Positions 31,813 to 42,765 of a stretch of 64,000 nucleotides of DNA are shown here, piece by piece. The translations under genes and the position numbers were made by a program. The DNA is taken from positions 192,001-256,000 of the forward strand of contig CBFGKH010000002.1 of NCBI GenBank assembly GCA_965649295.1. Direction: 5' to 3'. The DNA is from a candidate division WOR-3 bacterium. Lineage in GTDB: Bacteria; Hydrothermota; Tepidihabitantia; Tepidihabitantales; Tepidihabitantaceae. Numbering within the stretch: the stretch's first letter is position 1; every line of letters starts with the position of its first letter. The notes under the pieces are model-generated. The model searched no databases. It was not told the origin of the DNA and saw only the letters and a program-made list of their open reading frames with translations.

Positions 31813-32547
31813 TCAAGGCTGGGTTGGCTTCGTTCGTCTGGCGAGGGCGGTGCGGAAGAAGTGGTTGACGGCGAGGATGTAGAGCCGGCGGGGGACGAGG
31901 TCCCGTGTGATGCGGGCTTGGGTCAGTTCGGAGATTTTGCCGGTGCGGACGAACTCGCTGCCGGCGTCAGCGCAGGCGGCAAGAACTTCCTTGACCGGCA
32001 GGCCGAGCTTGGCGATTTCGGAGAGGGAAGAGGCGTAGGGCCGCAGGACCGCACCCGAGTATTCGAGTCCCATGTTCAGGCAGGCGGCTTTGATGTGGGA
32101 GAGGAGCGGGTCGAAGTTGTCGGGTTCGGTGAACCCGCAGACCGAGACAAGTACAGCCCGGGTCGGCTTGAACTCGGGGCGGCGGGGATGCCGGCAGTGG
32201 CCGGCGCGGACCTCGAACCAGGGTTCGATGAGCGGTAGGCAGCGGTCGAGGAAGAGTTTCATCGTGCCGTTCATGCCGTCAACGTAGAGCGGCGTGGCAT
32301 ACACCAGCGCGTCGGCGGCGGCGACTTTGGGTAGTAGTTCGGCCATTGCATCGTGCTGGACGCAGCGGCCCGGAGTTGCTAGCCAGCAGGTGAGGCAGCC
32401 AAGGCAGGGCTTGATTTCAAGGCCGTGAAGGTGAACTAGTTCAACCTGGGCGCCGGCAGCCTGGGCGCCTTGGAGAAAGTGGCCAAGCACGAGGCCGGTG
32501 CCGCCTTGGTCTTTGTGCGGGCTGGAGTTGATGGCGAGTAGCTGCAT
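31813..32547 (-). CDS. Flavodoxin-fold iron-sulfur flavoprotein / NADPH-dependent FMN reductase family
   Basis: AINSSPH..GGT, IKPCLGCLTCW..TPGRC..HD, ADALVYATPLY. Confidence 0.88.
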   Translation of the reverse strand: MQLLAINSSPHKDQGGTGLVLGHFLQGAQAAGAQVELVHLHGLEIKPCLGCLTCWLATPGRCVQHDAMAELLPKVAAADALVYATPLYVDGMNGTMKLFLDRCLPLIEPWFEVRAGHCRHPRRPEFKPTRAVLVSVCGFTEPDNFDPLLSHIKAACLNMGLEYSGAVLRPYASSLSEIAKLGLPVKEVLAACADAGSEFVRTGKISELTQARITRDLVPRRLYILAVNHFFRTALARRTKPTQP

Positions 32548-32709
32548 CGGCGAGATTGTCGGCAGGCGTAGATGACTGTCAACCCCGAGGCGGGCAACGA
32601 TGGGCATTGTGCCGGCGGTGGCTTCTTGACTCGCTTGCACCAGCAATCTACGATTGTGCAGCCGGAGAGGTCATTCCGAACATGAGCTGCTGATAAGGAG
32701 CGTGATGAT

Positions 32710-34926
32710 ATGAGCCGAGCAAGCGTAGTCTTCTGTCTGCTGGCGCTGGCAGCGGTGGCCTGGGCAGACTGGACGAGCATCGGGCCAGAAGGCGGGCCAA
32801 TCTACAGCGGCGTGGCGACAGCGACGAGTCCGCCAACTGTTTATGCTGCGCCGACCGGTTACAACCGGCCGCTATACCGAACCCGCAACGGTGGTGTAAA
32901 CTGGACACCTACTGCCAGTGCGCCGGTGTATGGGCCGACAGTGATGGCCGCTCATCCGACCGATACCAACCGGCTCTATGGCATCTACAGTTCGCTCTTT
33001 TTCCGGACAACTGACGCGGGCGCAACCTGGACCCAGACATCGCTGGGAACAAACACGGTCGGGTACGATATCGCGGTCAATCCGCAGAATCCGCAGGTTA
33101 TTTACTCAGTCGGCTATCGCTACGACGGTTCGGCCTGGCGGCTGACGAGTATCAAGACGACTGATGGCGGCGCAACCTGGACCCCGACTCAGCTCGATAC
33201 GGCGAGGACTGCTTATGGCTATGCCTGTGCAATTGACCCGGTTGATACCAATGTTGTCTATGCGGGCGGCTATGCCGATACCATGACCGCGTTCTACAAG
33301 TCCACTGACTGCGGTGCTACTTGGACGAAGATTGCCTGGCCCCGGAATGACTATTATCTATACTCGATTGCGGTCAGTCCGGTTGACCACAACATCGTTT
33401 TTGCCGGAACGCTGTATGGCATCTACCGCTCGACTGACGCTGGCCTGACCTGGACCCGGCAGAGCACGAGCATCTATAACTACCGCATTGTCTTTGCGCC
33501 CGACAACCCGAACGTGATGTACTCGGCCGCCTACAGTGGTGTTTATCGTTCGACTGATGGCGGCCGCACCTGGACCATCTCGACTGCCGGCATCCAAGGC
33601 TCGAACCTGCGTTTTGTCGTGACGGTGCCGGGCCAAGCTGGCGTTGTTTTCTGCGGCACGACTGCAGGGATGCACAAGTCAACTGACTATGGCCAGACCT
33701 GGACACCGGTCAACAGCGGCGTCTTGGTCGGTTCTATCCCGGCGATTGCCTTTGACCCGAGCGCTCCCGGCACCGCTTTTGCCGAGTTCATTGACAACGC
33801 CATCTTCAAGACGACCGACGACGGCGTCACCTGGGAGCGGCAGCCGACCGTGCTTTCCTGTGGCAATGTCTGTAGTATCATCATCGAGCCTGCGAACCCA
33901 CAACGACGCTGGATGTTCGAAGCTTCGGGCTGAGGGACCGCTGAGCTCTTCCGGAGCACAGACGGCGGGTCCGTCTGGACAGTAATCGAAAGCTGGATGA
34001 ATGATGGCGGAGCGATGGCAGTCTCTTTGCTCAACCCGAACTATGTCTTCTGTACCGGCAACATCTATGTGTCTGGGCAGTGGTGCATTGCGGTCTCGCA
34101 TTCAAGTGACGGTGGTACGACTTGGGAACATGATACGATTCCTGGGGGCAGCAACGGCTTTGCCGTGGCCTTTGATGCGGTTGACCCGAACCTGGTCTAT
34201 GTCGGCGGCGACAGCGCCTACAGCTACACCTATCCGCAGTTGCTGGTCTCTACTGACCTTGGGGTAACCTGGACGCCGCGGCACGCTGGTCTGAATGGTC
34301 GGGTCTGGGCAATTGCGGCTGATCCGGTTCAGTCCGGTGTTGTCTATTGCGGCACCTACCGCGGTGTGTTCAAGTCCACCAACGCCGGAGCAAGCTGGAC
34401 TGCCACGCCGCTCGCTTACGAAACCCGCGCTCTTGTCGTTGACCCGACTGACCCGGCAAAGCTCTATGCCGGCACCTATGGCAACGGCGTCTATGTCTCA
34501 ACCAATGCCGGTGCGACTTGGACAGCGATGAACACCGGGCTTGGCTGCCTTCGGATACTGTCACTAGGGTTGCGGCCCGGGCCTGGCAGTGTGCTCTATG
34601 CCGGCACGGATGGTGGCGCAGTCTATCGCACCGACATCCTGACCAGCGTCACTGACCAGCCGGCGAGCGAAGTTCGGGCCGCGAGGTTCGAGATTACCCC
34701 CAATCCATGCCGCGACCGTGCCTTTGTTCGTCTCCTCACTCAGGCGCACGATAGTTCAATTACTGCGACTGTCTCCCTCTTTGATGTCACTGGCAAGCGG
34801 GTGCTATCTACCAAAGGCGCTGGGTTCTGGGAACTCGATGTCTCTGCGCTGGCACCCGGTAGCTATTTTGTCTCGCTTGCCGGGCCAGGTCAGCGCCTGA
34901 TAGCGCGGCTAATAGTGACGCGGTAG
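32710..34926 (+). CDS. Secreted BNR/Asp-box (VPS10/Ycf48-like) beta-propeller protein with T9SS-like tail, about 738 aa if the in-frame UGA at 33931-33933 (codon 408) is recoded
   Basis: ORFs 32710..33933 and 33997..34926 are in the same frame; intervening codons GTAELFRSTDGGSVWTVIESW contain an Asp-box; S/T-x-D-x-G-x-T-W repeats on both sides; tail PNPC...LAPGSYFV...RLIVTR. Confidence 0.85.
33959..33977 (+). promoter_or_regulatory. Candidate bacterial SECIS hairpin
   Basis: CAGACGG-CGGGU-CCGUCUG, 7-bp stem with loop 33 nt after the UGA; an alternative longer fold spans 33935-33972. Confidence 0.45.
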
Positions 34927-34944
34927 CTTCTGTTCAACAGCAAG

Positions 34945-34974
34945 CCGCGGGGCGGCCATTCGGCCGCCCCGCGG
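34945..34974. terminator. Terminator hairpin between convergent genes
   Basis: CCGCGGGGCGGCC-attc-GGCCGCCCCGCGG 13-bp stem. Confidence 0.7.
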
Positions 34975-34992
34975 TGCTCGTTCTGCTCAGTG

Positions 34993-36261
34993 TTATTTCA
35001 GGACGAAGATGTTGTGCTTCTCGCAGATTTCGTGGAGCTGTTTCGGCCAGACCGTGACCGTCACCTCGCCGATATGAGCCTTGCGCAGGAGGAGCATCTG
35101 CAACCGGCCCTGACCGATGCCGCCACCAATCGAGAGCGGTATCTCGTCGTTCATTATCATCTGGTGATAGGGCAGCGTCAGCCGGTCGAGCTGGTTTGAG
35201 AGCTCAAGCTGCAGGCGCAGGGTCTCCTTGGTGACGCGGATACCCATTGACGACAGCTCGTGTCGCCGCTTGGTGACGTGGTTCCAGACAAGGATGTCGC
35301 CGTTAAGGCCGTGGGTGTCCTTGCCGGTCTCTTTGGATGTGTCGGTGACCCAGTCATCGTAGTCGGCGGCCCGCATCTCGTGCGGGTAGCCGTCTTTGAG
35401 CACCCAGCCGATGCCGATGATGAAGATGGCCGGCGCGTAGTCCTGGAGGATGCGGGTCTCGCGCTGCTTGCGCGGCAGGTCTGGATACCGTTCGAGAATC
35501 TCTTCAGCGTGGATGAAGACCAGTTCCTTGGGCAGGTTCGGATAGCGGGGGTCCTTCAGTTGCGGGTACATTTGCTGGACATAGTCCTCAGCGCCGGTGA
35601 TGACCTTCCAGATTTTCCGTACCGTGTCCTTGAGATACTCAAGGTTGCGCTGTTCTGGGGTGATGACCTTTTCCCAGTCCCACTGGTCAACGTAGCTGGA
35701 GTGGTCATGGTCGAGGAAGTAGTCCTTGCGGACGGCCCGCATGTCGGTATTGATGCCCTCGCCGACCTGACAGCCGTATTGCTTCAGCGCCCACCGCTTC
35801 CACTTGGTCGCAGCCTGAACAATCTGGGCATTGATGCGGGGGCTGATGCCAAGTCCGCAGGGAAACTCGACCGGCGTGCGTGAACCGTCGCGGTCGAGAT
35901 TGTCGTTCATGCCGCTCTCGCGTTCGACAATCAGCGGCACCTGCACCATCTGCAGGTTAAGTTCTTTGGCCAGGCCGTCTTCGACGAAGCGCTTGACCGC
36001 ATAGATGGCGCGCTGGGTTTCTTTGTTGTCGAGAATTGAGCGGTAGCCAACGGGCAGGACCTTTTCGACTTCCTCGTAGGTCGAGACGCCGGGACCGGCC
36101 AAGTCGGCGGCCTTGCCGACCTTACCCGGCTTGGGCATGAAGCTTGCGCCCTTTTTCTTGGCTGGCCGGGCAAGCTTCTTGGCGACCTTCTTGCCGACAG
36201 GCCGGCGGGCTGGTTTCTTGGCTGCTTTCTTGACTACCTTCTTCGCTGCCTTCTTTGCCAT
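34993..36261 (-). CDS. asnA: Aspartate--ammonia ligase with Lys/Ala-rich N-terminal extension
   Basis: SGMNDNL, ATKWKRWAL, HSSYVDQWDWEKVI, RAADYDDW, LNGDIL, ELSSMGIRV, SIGGGIGQ.R, HIGEV. Confidence 0.94.
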   Translation of the reverse strand: MAKKAAKKVVKKAAKKPARRPVGKKVAKKLARPAKKKGASFMPKPGKVGKAADLAGPGVSTYEEVEKVLPVGYRSILDNKETQRAIYAVKRFVEDGLAKELNLQMVQVPLIVERESGMNDNLDRDGSRTPVEFPCGLGISPRINAQIVQAATKWKRWALKQYGCQVGEGINTDMRAVRKDYFLDHDHSSYVDQWDWEKVITPEQRNLEYLKDTVRKIWKVITGAEDYVQQMYPQLKDPRYPNLPKELVFIHAEEILERYPDLPRKQRETRILQDYAPAIFIIGIGWVLKDGYPHEMRAADYDDWVTDTSKETGKDTHGLNGDILVWNHVTKRRHELSSMGIRVTKETLRLQLELSNQLDRLTLPYHQMIMNDEIPLSIGGGIGQGRLQMLLLRKAHIGEVTVTVWPKQLHEICEKHNIFVLK

Positions 36262-36388
36262 CGCTTAGCTCCTTAGGAATAGTGTATTTTGGGCCGGAAT
36301 TCCCGCTTTGCTCGGGGCCGGCTGACTATTGGGATTGAACGGGTTAGCAACTTCCGCGGGCCAAAGGATAACGCCCCGGCAATCGCTG

Positions 36389-38173
36389 TCAAGCTGACGG
36401 CCGTTCGCCGGCGAGCTGCTGGTGATAGAGCTGCCAGTATAGTCCCCGGCGGTTGAGCAGTTCGGTAGGGGTGCCGGACTCGACGACCGAGCCGGCATCG
36501 AGCACATAGACAAAGTCGCAGGCGGCCAGGATTGAGAGCCGGTGCGAGATGATGACCACAGTTAGGTCCGCGGTGTGTTCGAGCACCGCCTTCATGAACT
36601 CTTGTTCGGTTGCGGCATCGAGGCTCGAAGTGACGTCGTCAAGCACGAGTATCTCTGGTCGGCCGTATAGTGCCCGCGCGATTGCCATCCGGCCCCGTTG
36701 ACCGCCGGAGAGCCGGAGTCCAGCCTCGCCAATCGGTTCGTCAAGGCCGCTGGGCATTGCTTTGATTTCGGCATCAAGCTGGGCGACCGCTAGGACTTTC
36801 TCTAGCTGCTCGCTGTCGAGCGGTCGGCCGAGCAGGATGTTATCGCGGACAGTGCCCGAGAAAAGGCCGGGCTCCTGTGGTGCATAGCCAATGCGGTCAC
36901 GCAGCTGAACGAGGTCATATTCGGCCAGGTCACGGCCGTCATAACCGACGACGCCAGCGTCAGGGTCAACTAGGCGCAGGAGCAGCCGGGCAATCGTGGT
37001 CTTGCCCGAACCGACAGTGCCGGCGATGCCGATGCGCGTGCCGGCCGGGACCGAGATTGTTACCCGATTCAGCGCCGGCCTTGGTTCACCGGCACAGAGA
37101 TAACCATAGCTTACCTTGTCCAACTTGATGTTGGCCCGGGCGGGTGGCGATGCGCTGCCGTGGGGCCGCAGTTCGGTAGGATACTCGGCTAGTTCACGCA
37201 ACCGCTGTTCCTCAACGCCGGTCTGTTTGATCCAGACAAACATGTCGCCGATGCCCATCATCGGCCAGATGAGCATCTGGACATAGGCATTGAAGGCGAC
37301 GAACTCACCCAAGGTCAGTCTTCCTTGGATGACCGCGATGCCGCCAGCACCAAGAACCAGCAGGGCGCCGAAGTCGCTGATGCTAGAGAAGAGGGTGTTG
37401 AAGAGCGCGCCCATCTTTGCTCCGCGCAGGGCTGCCCGGATTCGCTTGTCGAGCACCGCTCGGAACCGGGTCGCGGTGCGGTCTTCGAGGGCGTAGGCCT
37501 TGATGAGGCGGCTGCCTGAGTAGGCGGCCTCGAGGAAGTTATTGGTTTGTGACATCATCTCGCGCCAGTCGCGCCACCACTTGTCCCAGACTGGGCCGAG
37601 CCGCAGCCAGACTACCGTCATCAGCGAAACTGGGACCGCGCAGTAGAGGGTGAGCTGCCAGTTGATGCGCAGCAGGATGGCGAGGGTCAGAATAAGCATC
37701 AGCAGCGAGCGGAGTGGCCAGAAGATGCCGGTGGAGACAAAACTGCCGACATCGGTCAGGTCCGCATCGAGCCGAGAGAGGACGTCGCCCGAGGGCAGGC
37801 GGTTGAGGAAGCCGAATCCCTTGTCAAGCAGCCGGCGAAAGATGGTGACGCGGAGCTGGCGGATGAAGCGTTGACTCGTTTCGGTCCACAGGTACGGCTC
37901 GAAGTCTTGAACCAGGGCGTTGCCGATGCCGATACCCAGTAGCACCAGCACCAGTTGTCCGAGTCGCTGGGCTGCGGCCGGGCCAGGAGTGCGCAGACCA
38001 GCAGCGATGGCATCAACGATGAAACCGAGTAGCCGCGGGTAGGCGAGGGCCAGGCCGGTTGTCAGAATGGCGAAGCCGACAAGGCCGACCAGCCGCAACC
38101 GGTGGCGGGACCAGAAGTCGGTCACGAGTTTCATGTCAAGGACGGTTCGGGCACCGGCTGGTCTGGTCATCAT
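36389..38173 (-). CDS. ABC exporter, fused permease/ATPase (MdlA-like)
   Basis: TM domain plus GTVGSGKT, LSGGQ, LVLDD (degenerate Walker B), ISHR. Confidence 0.92.
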   Translation of the reverse strand: MMTRPAGARTVLDMKLVTDFWSRHRLRLVGLVGFAILTTGLALAYPRLLGFIVDAIAAGLRTPGPAAAQRLGQLVLVLLGIGIGNALVQDFEPYLWTETSQRFIRQLRVTIFRRLLDKGFGFLNRLPSGDVLSRLDADLTDVGSFVSTGIFWPLRSLLMLILTLAILLRINWQLTLYCAVPVSLMTVVWLRLGPVWDKWWRDWREMMSQTNNFLEAAYSGSRLIKAYALEDRTATRFRAVLDKRIRAALRGAKMGALFNTLFSSISDFGALLVLGAGGIAVIQGRLTLGEFVAFNAYVQMLIWPMMGIGDMFVWIKQTGVEEQRLRELAEYPTELRPHGSASPPARANIKLDKVSYGYLCAGEPRPALNRVTISVPAGTRIGIAGTVGSGKTTIARLLLRLVDPDAGVVGYDGRDLAEYDLVQLRDRIGYAPQEPGLFSGTVRDNILLGRPLDSEQLEKVLAVAQLDAEIKAMPSGLDEPIGEAGLRLSGGQRGRMAIARALYGRPEILVLDDVTSSLDAATEQEFMKAVLEHTADLTVVIISHRLSILAACDFVYVLDAGSVVESGTPTELLNRRGLYWQLYHQQLAGERPSA

Positions 38174-40026
38174 CCCTCGCGACTATTAGAACTTTGGGCC
38201 GGGCAGTCGGTCGCAGTCAGATATTGGAGCCGAAACAACTGCTGATACTGGCCGTCCTGGGCCAGTAGTTCAGCGTGAGTGCCCTGTTGTACCACCCGGC
38301 CGGCTGCGACGACGAGGATGCGGTCAGCCATTTGGACTGTTGCCAGACGGTGGGCGATGAGGATGGCGGTTCGGCCCGCGAGCAGTTCCCTGATGCCTTC
38401 TTGAATCAGTCGCTCGGTCTCGGGGTCAACCGACGAGGTTGCCTCGTCGAGGATGAGAATCTCGGGGTCGAGGACGAAGGCTCGCGCAATCGCCAAGAGT
38501 TGGCGCTCACCGAGGGAGAGATTGAGACCGCGTTCGACAAGATTGGTTTCGTAGCCATCCGGGAGTGCGACCAGCCGTTCGTGAATCCGGGCACGGCGGG
38601 CCGCGGCCAAGACCCGCTCGGCCGGAATCGTCTCATCAAAGAGACGCAAGTTATCAAGCACGGTGCCGGGAAAGAGCATCACCTCCTGGGGGACGAATCC
38701 GATTCGCTGGCGCAAGGAGCGAGCATCGAGGTCACGGATATCGGTGCCGTCAAATAGAATCCGGCCGCTCTGCGGCTGGTAGAGTTTGAGGGCGAGGGCG
38801 ACAATCGAGGTTTTGCCACCGCCGGTCTCTCCGACTAAGGCTACGCGTTCGCCGCGGCGGACAGTGAAGCTGACATTGGCAAGCGCGGCGGGCCGGCCCG
38901 GATAGGCGAAGGTTACGTCCTCGAAGCGTAGTTCGCTACTCAGCCGTTCGAAGTGCTGGCCGGCAAGCGGTTCTTCGGGTTGGTCGAGCAAGCCGAACAC
39001 CCGCTGGGCCGAAGCCACAGCGCGTTGGGCAACGTTGACCTGCTGGGAAAGGCCGCGCAGGGGTCCAAACAGCCGGCTGATGTAGGAGTAGAAAAGAAAA
39101 AGGCCGCCGACAGTCAGCGAACCGCGTAGAGTCCAGAGACCGCCCAAGCCAAGGACAGCGGCAAGGGCGGCAACCTCGCCGATGTCCAGTAGCAGCCAGA
39201 AGAAGAGCCAGAGTTGCTGGCCGCGCAGCTCCTGTTGGTAGCGGTGGCGGTTGAGTTCATCGAACCTGGCACCAAACCAGTCCTGGCGATTGAAGGCCTG
39301 CACTACCGGCAACGCGTGCAGCGCCTCGGTGATGAAATTGTTTACCGCGGCCGCGGTCTTGCGAATGGCAAGATAGAGTGGCTGGACCCGACGCTGCAGC
39401 AAGAGGAGTCCAGCGGCGAAGATTGGCAGTAGCGAGAAGACAATCAGGAATAGCCGCCAGTTGACCGTTGCCATCACGATGCCCATCCCGACGACGAGGA
39501 CGAGATTGCGGGCGAGGGAGGTGACGGTTGTGGCGAAGAGCTCGCGTAGTGCCTCGCAGTCGCCTTCGGTGCGGGTGATGAGCTTGCCGACAGCAAGGCT
39601 ATCGAGCGTGGTTGTCGGTAACCGGAGAACGTGATGGAAGATGGCGTGCTTCAGATCAGCGGTCGCCCTTTCGCCGACCCGGGCAAGAACAAGCGCCTGG
39701 GCGTAACCGGTTGCACCAGTGCCCAGCAGAACGAGCAGGTAATAACCGGCGGTGCGCAGTAGCCCGGGTAGGTTCTTGCTGGCGATGTCAACGTCAATTG
39801 CGTGCTTGACGATAATCGGGCCGAGCAGGCCGAGCAGGGCCGAGGCCAGCAGCAGGCCGGCAGCGAGAATGACCAGCCCCAGATGACGACGAAAGTAAGG
39901 CCAGGCCCGGCCCAGATAGGAGATACCAGCACCGGTTCGTGCTGGCACCGATTCGCTATCGAACTCCTCTTTGAACAAAAGGCGCTCCCGGTCGAGAATC
40001 CTAGCTACCGGCAGCGCTTCAGTCAA
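38170..40026 (-). CDS. ABC exporter, fused permease/ATPase (MdlB-like)
   Basis: TM domain plus GETGGGKT, LSLGERQ, ILDEATSSVD, IAHRL; ATGA overlap with partner. Confidence 0.92.
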   Translation of the reverse strand: MTEALPVARILDRERLLFKEEFDSESVPARTGAGISYLGRAWPYFRRHLGLVILAAGLLLASALLGLLGPIIVKHAIDVDIASKNLPGLLRTAGYYLLVLLGTGATGYAQALVLARVGERATADLKHAIFHHVLRLPTTTLDSLAVGKLITRTEGDCEALRELFATTVTSLARNLVLVVGMGIVMATVNWRLFLIVFSLLPIFAAGLLLLQRRVQPLYLAIRKTAAAVNNFITEALHALPVVQAFNRQDWFGARFDELNRHRYQQELRGQQLWLFFWLLLDIGEVAALAAVLGLGGLWTLRGSLTVGGLFLFYSYISRLFGPLRGLSQQVNVAQRAVASAQRVFGLLDQPEEPLAGQHFERLSSELRFEDVTFAYPGRPAALANVSFTVRRGERVALVGETGGGKTSIVALALKLYQPQSGRILFDGTDIRDLDARSLRQRIGFVPQEVMLFPGTVLDNLRLFDETIPAERVLAAARRARIHERLVALPDGYETNLVERGLNLSLGERQLLAIARAFVLDPEILILDEATSSVDPETERLIQEGIRELLAGRTAILIAHRLATVQMADRILVVAAGRVVQQGTHAELLAQDGQYQQLFRLQYLTATDCPAQSSNSREG

Positions 40027-40146
40027 ACAGGCACGAAGCCTGGTACTGCCGGTCGGACATGACGATTACTGAATGTAACGTCGCGGCCACCCGATTCAGC
40101 CTTCTAGCACGGGGTTTGCGAGGTTACGTCCAGAAATACCCCTGAG

Positions 40147-42765
40147 CTAGCGCAGAAGCCTTATTTCGGCTGTTGCCGCCTGTCCGTTACCTTTGGCCCG
40201 AACCAGATAGACGCCAGCCGGCAATTGGCGGCCGTCCGCGTCAGTACCGTCCCAGCAGAACTCAGGGTCGCGAATCTCGCGGACAGTGCGTCCCTGGACG
40301 TCATAGATTCGTGCTGACCAACCAGCCGGCAGACGAATGAGCGTGCTGGTCCTGAATACACTGGGGCTTGCCGCAACTGGCAATCGTCTCGGGGACGGCG
40401 CCCGGGCTTCGGCGACACCGGGAAACGGCCCGAACTTGCCAAACACCCGCCAGGTGTTGTAGGTTCGGCCATTGACGAACCCGGCCCAGTCGGTCCAGGT
40501 CAGGAGCAACTCGCTGCAACAGCCGCGAGTGTAAACTGGGTACATCGCCTGGCCAAGACGGAGGATGGTGAAGGTGTCACGAACGGTTCCGTCAATGCGC
40601 AGCCGGACACCGCGCAGACCACCTTCGCTAATCCAGACCAGTTGATGGTCAGTGGCGTCGAATTCCATTGCCAATTGACGATAGTCCCGGAAGTCCATTG
40701 GCCCGCCGACTCTGATGCCGCTAGGGTCGAGCACGGTGCCGGCTCGACTCACTCGAGCAGCATAGACCCAGGGCTCACCAGTGCGAAAGTCTTGCCAGGC
40801 GACCGCGTAGTTGGCGCCGTCGAAACTGACCGCCGGGAAAACCTGGTAGTCAGGCGCGACGCTGATAGGAATTCCGGCGGTGTCAAGAATCCGGCCATCC
40901 TGGCTGACGCGGGTGCCATAGACCTCGGGATAGTCAATGTCGTGGCCGTCGGTCCAGACTACAAGCCAGTTCTGACCGTCGAAGGCGGCACTGCTGTAGG
41001 CCCGCGGTAAGTCAGGAGAGCCGACAGCAATCCCGGCCGGGTCAAGGACCCGGCCGGCTCGGCTCACCCTACCGACCTTGACATTAGCCCAGGTCATTTC
41101 CGAATACTCTGTCCACGTCACAAGATAGCAGGTGTCGCCGAACACGACATCGGGCATCAGAATGTAGGTTCCGGGCTCGGTTGGTACGAAGAGTCGCAGC
41201 TCGTTCGTATCAATCACGACTCCGTCTGGCGTAACTCTCGCACCCCGAATCTCATAGGTGTAGGTCGTTTCGTCCTCTTGAATCCAGACCACGAGATAGT
41301 TCGTGCCATCGAACGCTACCCGCGCATCATGCTGCCAACCTGGTGCGCGGCTGACTGGGAATGAACGGGGGTCAAGCTGGACACCGGTCTGACTCAGTCT
41401 GATGCCGTTGATGTGGGTGTTTGGGGACTGTCCCTGCTCAGAGAAGACAATCAGGTAGTTCGTGCCGTCAAACGCGCCATCGGCCATGGCCTGAGGGTTG
41501 GCAGCGATAATCACGCCAAAGCCGCCTGGGTCCGGGGTGGTGCCGGCTTGGGTTACCCGCCCAGCAAAGACCGCGGCGTCATCCGTCCATACCACAAGCC
41601 AGCCAACTGCCAATTGTGGCCGGCCGCGGTAGCTACCCGGAAAGGGATTGGTCATCACAATGCCGGCTGAATCGAGTCTGATTCCCTGTTCAGTCAACCG
41701 GCTGGCCACGATGTTCCATACACTTATCGAGTCAACGGCAAGCCAAGCGATGAGATAGCTTGACCCGGTCCACTCAATCGCCGCCTGCAGTTCCCAGTCA
41801 CCGTCTTCGGTTAGAGCGATGCCTTGGGGGTCGAGCACAACTCCTGCCCTGGTCACCCGTGCACCAGCAATGCAGTATGCCCAGTTGAGCGTGTCGTCCT
41901 GAGTCCAGACCACAAATGAACCGGCCGGTCCGGAAGCTACAGCCGGCATCATCCGCCAGAACTGTCCGATTGCGATGCCGATGCCCTGGGGATCAAGCAC
42001 GATTCCGGCGGGACTCACCCGCGCGCCGTAGATGTCGCTACCCGAGTTGCGCTGGTCCTCCCAGACAACGAGCCAGTTTTCGCCGTCGAAGCTGACATCA
42101 GGATACTGCTGAGTTTCGGCGGTAACGCCAATCGGTAGTCCGCTCGGGTCGAGCACAATCCCGTCCTGAGTCACTCGGGCACCGTAGATGTCATCGAGGG
42201 TGGTCGCATAATTGCGGTCGTCAACCCAAACGACTAGTGCCTCGTCGCCATTGCTGGCCACCGCCGGCGAATAGACGTTCCACCAGCCAGTAGCGATGGT
42301 GAAGCCGTCGGGATCGAGCACCACTCCGTCCGGGCTGATTCTGGCACCACGTATTTCCCCGGGCTCTGTCCAAACAGTTAGGAAGTTTTCGCCATCATAG
42401 GCTACCGTTGGCCAGGAACCGGTTGCGCTGATGGCGATGCTTGTTGTATCAACGACCACTCCGGACGGTTCAATCCGTGCACCGCGAATACCACCGCTCA
42501 TGTAGTCTTGCCAGACAACAAACCAGCAGCCAGCGCCCCAGGCCGCAACGGGTGCATCCCCAGAGCCTGGGCGGTGGACAATTGCGGTGTCAACAAGGAA
42601 CTCGCCCCAGTTGCGACTCGAGCTGCTGTCGGGATGCTTTGCCAACTGTCTGTTGGCTGGCAGCCGCCAGTCAAACGGCTTCTTGTTGGCTCGAACGCTT
42701 TCGCCCGCAGCCGCGATTGCGATCAGAGCCAGTAGCGAAGACCAGACCATGACCTGCCGCTGCAT
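40147..42765 (-). CDS. Secreted repeat protein with FlgD/T9SS-like tail
   Basis: Signal peptide; about 11 repeats of 'P.V.FDG.N.LVVW.D....I.GARV...G.VLDP.G..I'; CWDGTDADGRQLPAGVYLVR. Confidence 0.88.
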   Translation of the reverse strand: MQRQVMVWSSLLALIAIAAAGESVRANKKPFDWRLPANRQLAKHPDSSSSRNWGEFLVDTAIVHRPGSGDAPVAAWGAGCWFVVWQDYMSGGIRGARIEPSGVVVDTTSIAISATGSWPTVAYDGENFLTVWTEPGEIRGARISPDGVVLDPDGFTIATGWWNVYSPAVASNGDEALVVWVDDRNYATTLDDIYGARVTQDGIVLDPSGLPIGVTAETQQYPDVSFDGENWLVVWEDQRNSGSDIYGARVSPAGIVLDPQGIGIAIGQFWRMMPAVASGPAGSFVVWTQDDTLNWAYCIAGARVTRAGVVLDPQGIALTEDGDWELQAAIEWTGSSYLIAWLAVDSISVWNIVASRLTEQGIRLDSAGIVMTNPFPGSYRGRPQLAVGWLVVWTDDAAVFAGRVTQAGTTPDPGGFGVIIAANPQAMADGAFDGTNYLIVFSEQGQSPNTHINGIRLSQTGVQLDPRSFPVSRAPGWQHDARVAFDGTNYLVVWIQEDETTYTYEIRGARVTPDGVVIDTNELRLFVPTEPGTYILMPDVVFGDTCYLVTWTEYSEMTWANVKVGRVSRAGRVLDPAGIAVGSPDLPRAYSSAAFDGQNWLVVWTDGHDIDYPEVYGTRVSQDGRILDTAGIPISVAPDYQVFPAVSFDGANYAVAWQDFRTGEPWVYAARVSRAGTVLDPSGIRVGGPMDFRDYRQLAMEFDATDHQLVWISEGGLRGVRLRIDGTVRDTFTILRLGQAMYPVYTRGCCSELLLTWTDWAGFVNGRTYNTWRVFGKFGPFPGVAEARAPSPRRLPVAASPSVFRTSTLIRLPAGWSARIYDVQGRTVREIRDPEFCWDGTDADGRQLPAGVYLVRAKGNGQAATAEIRLLR

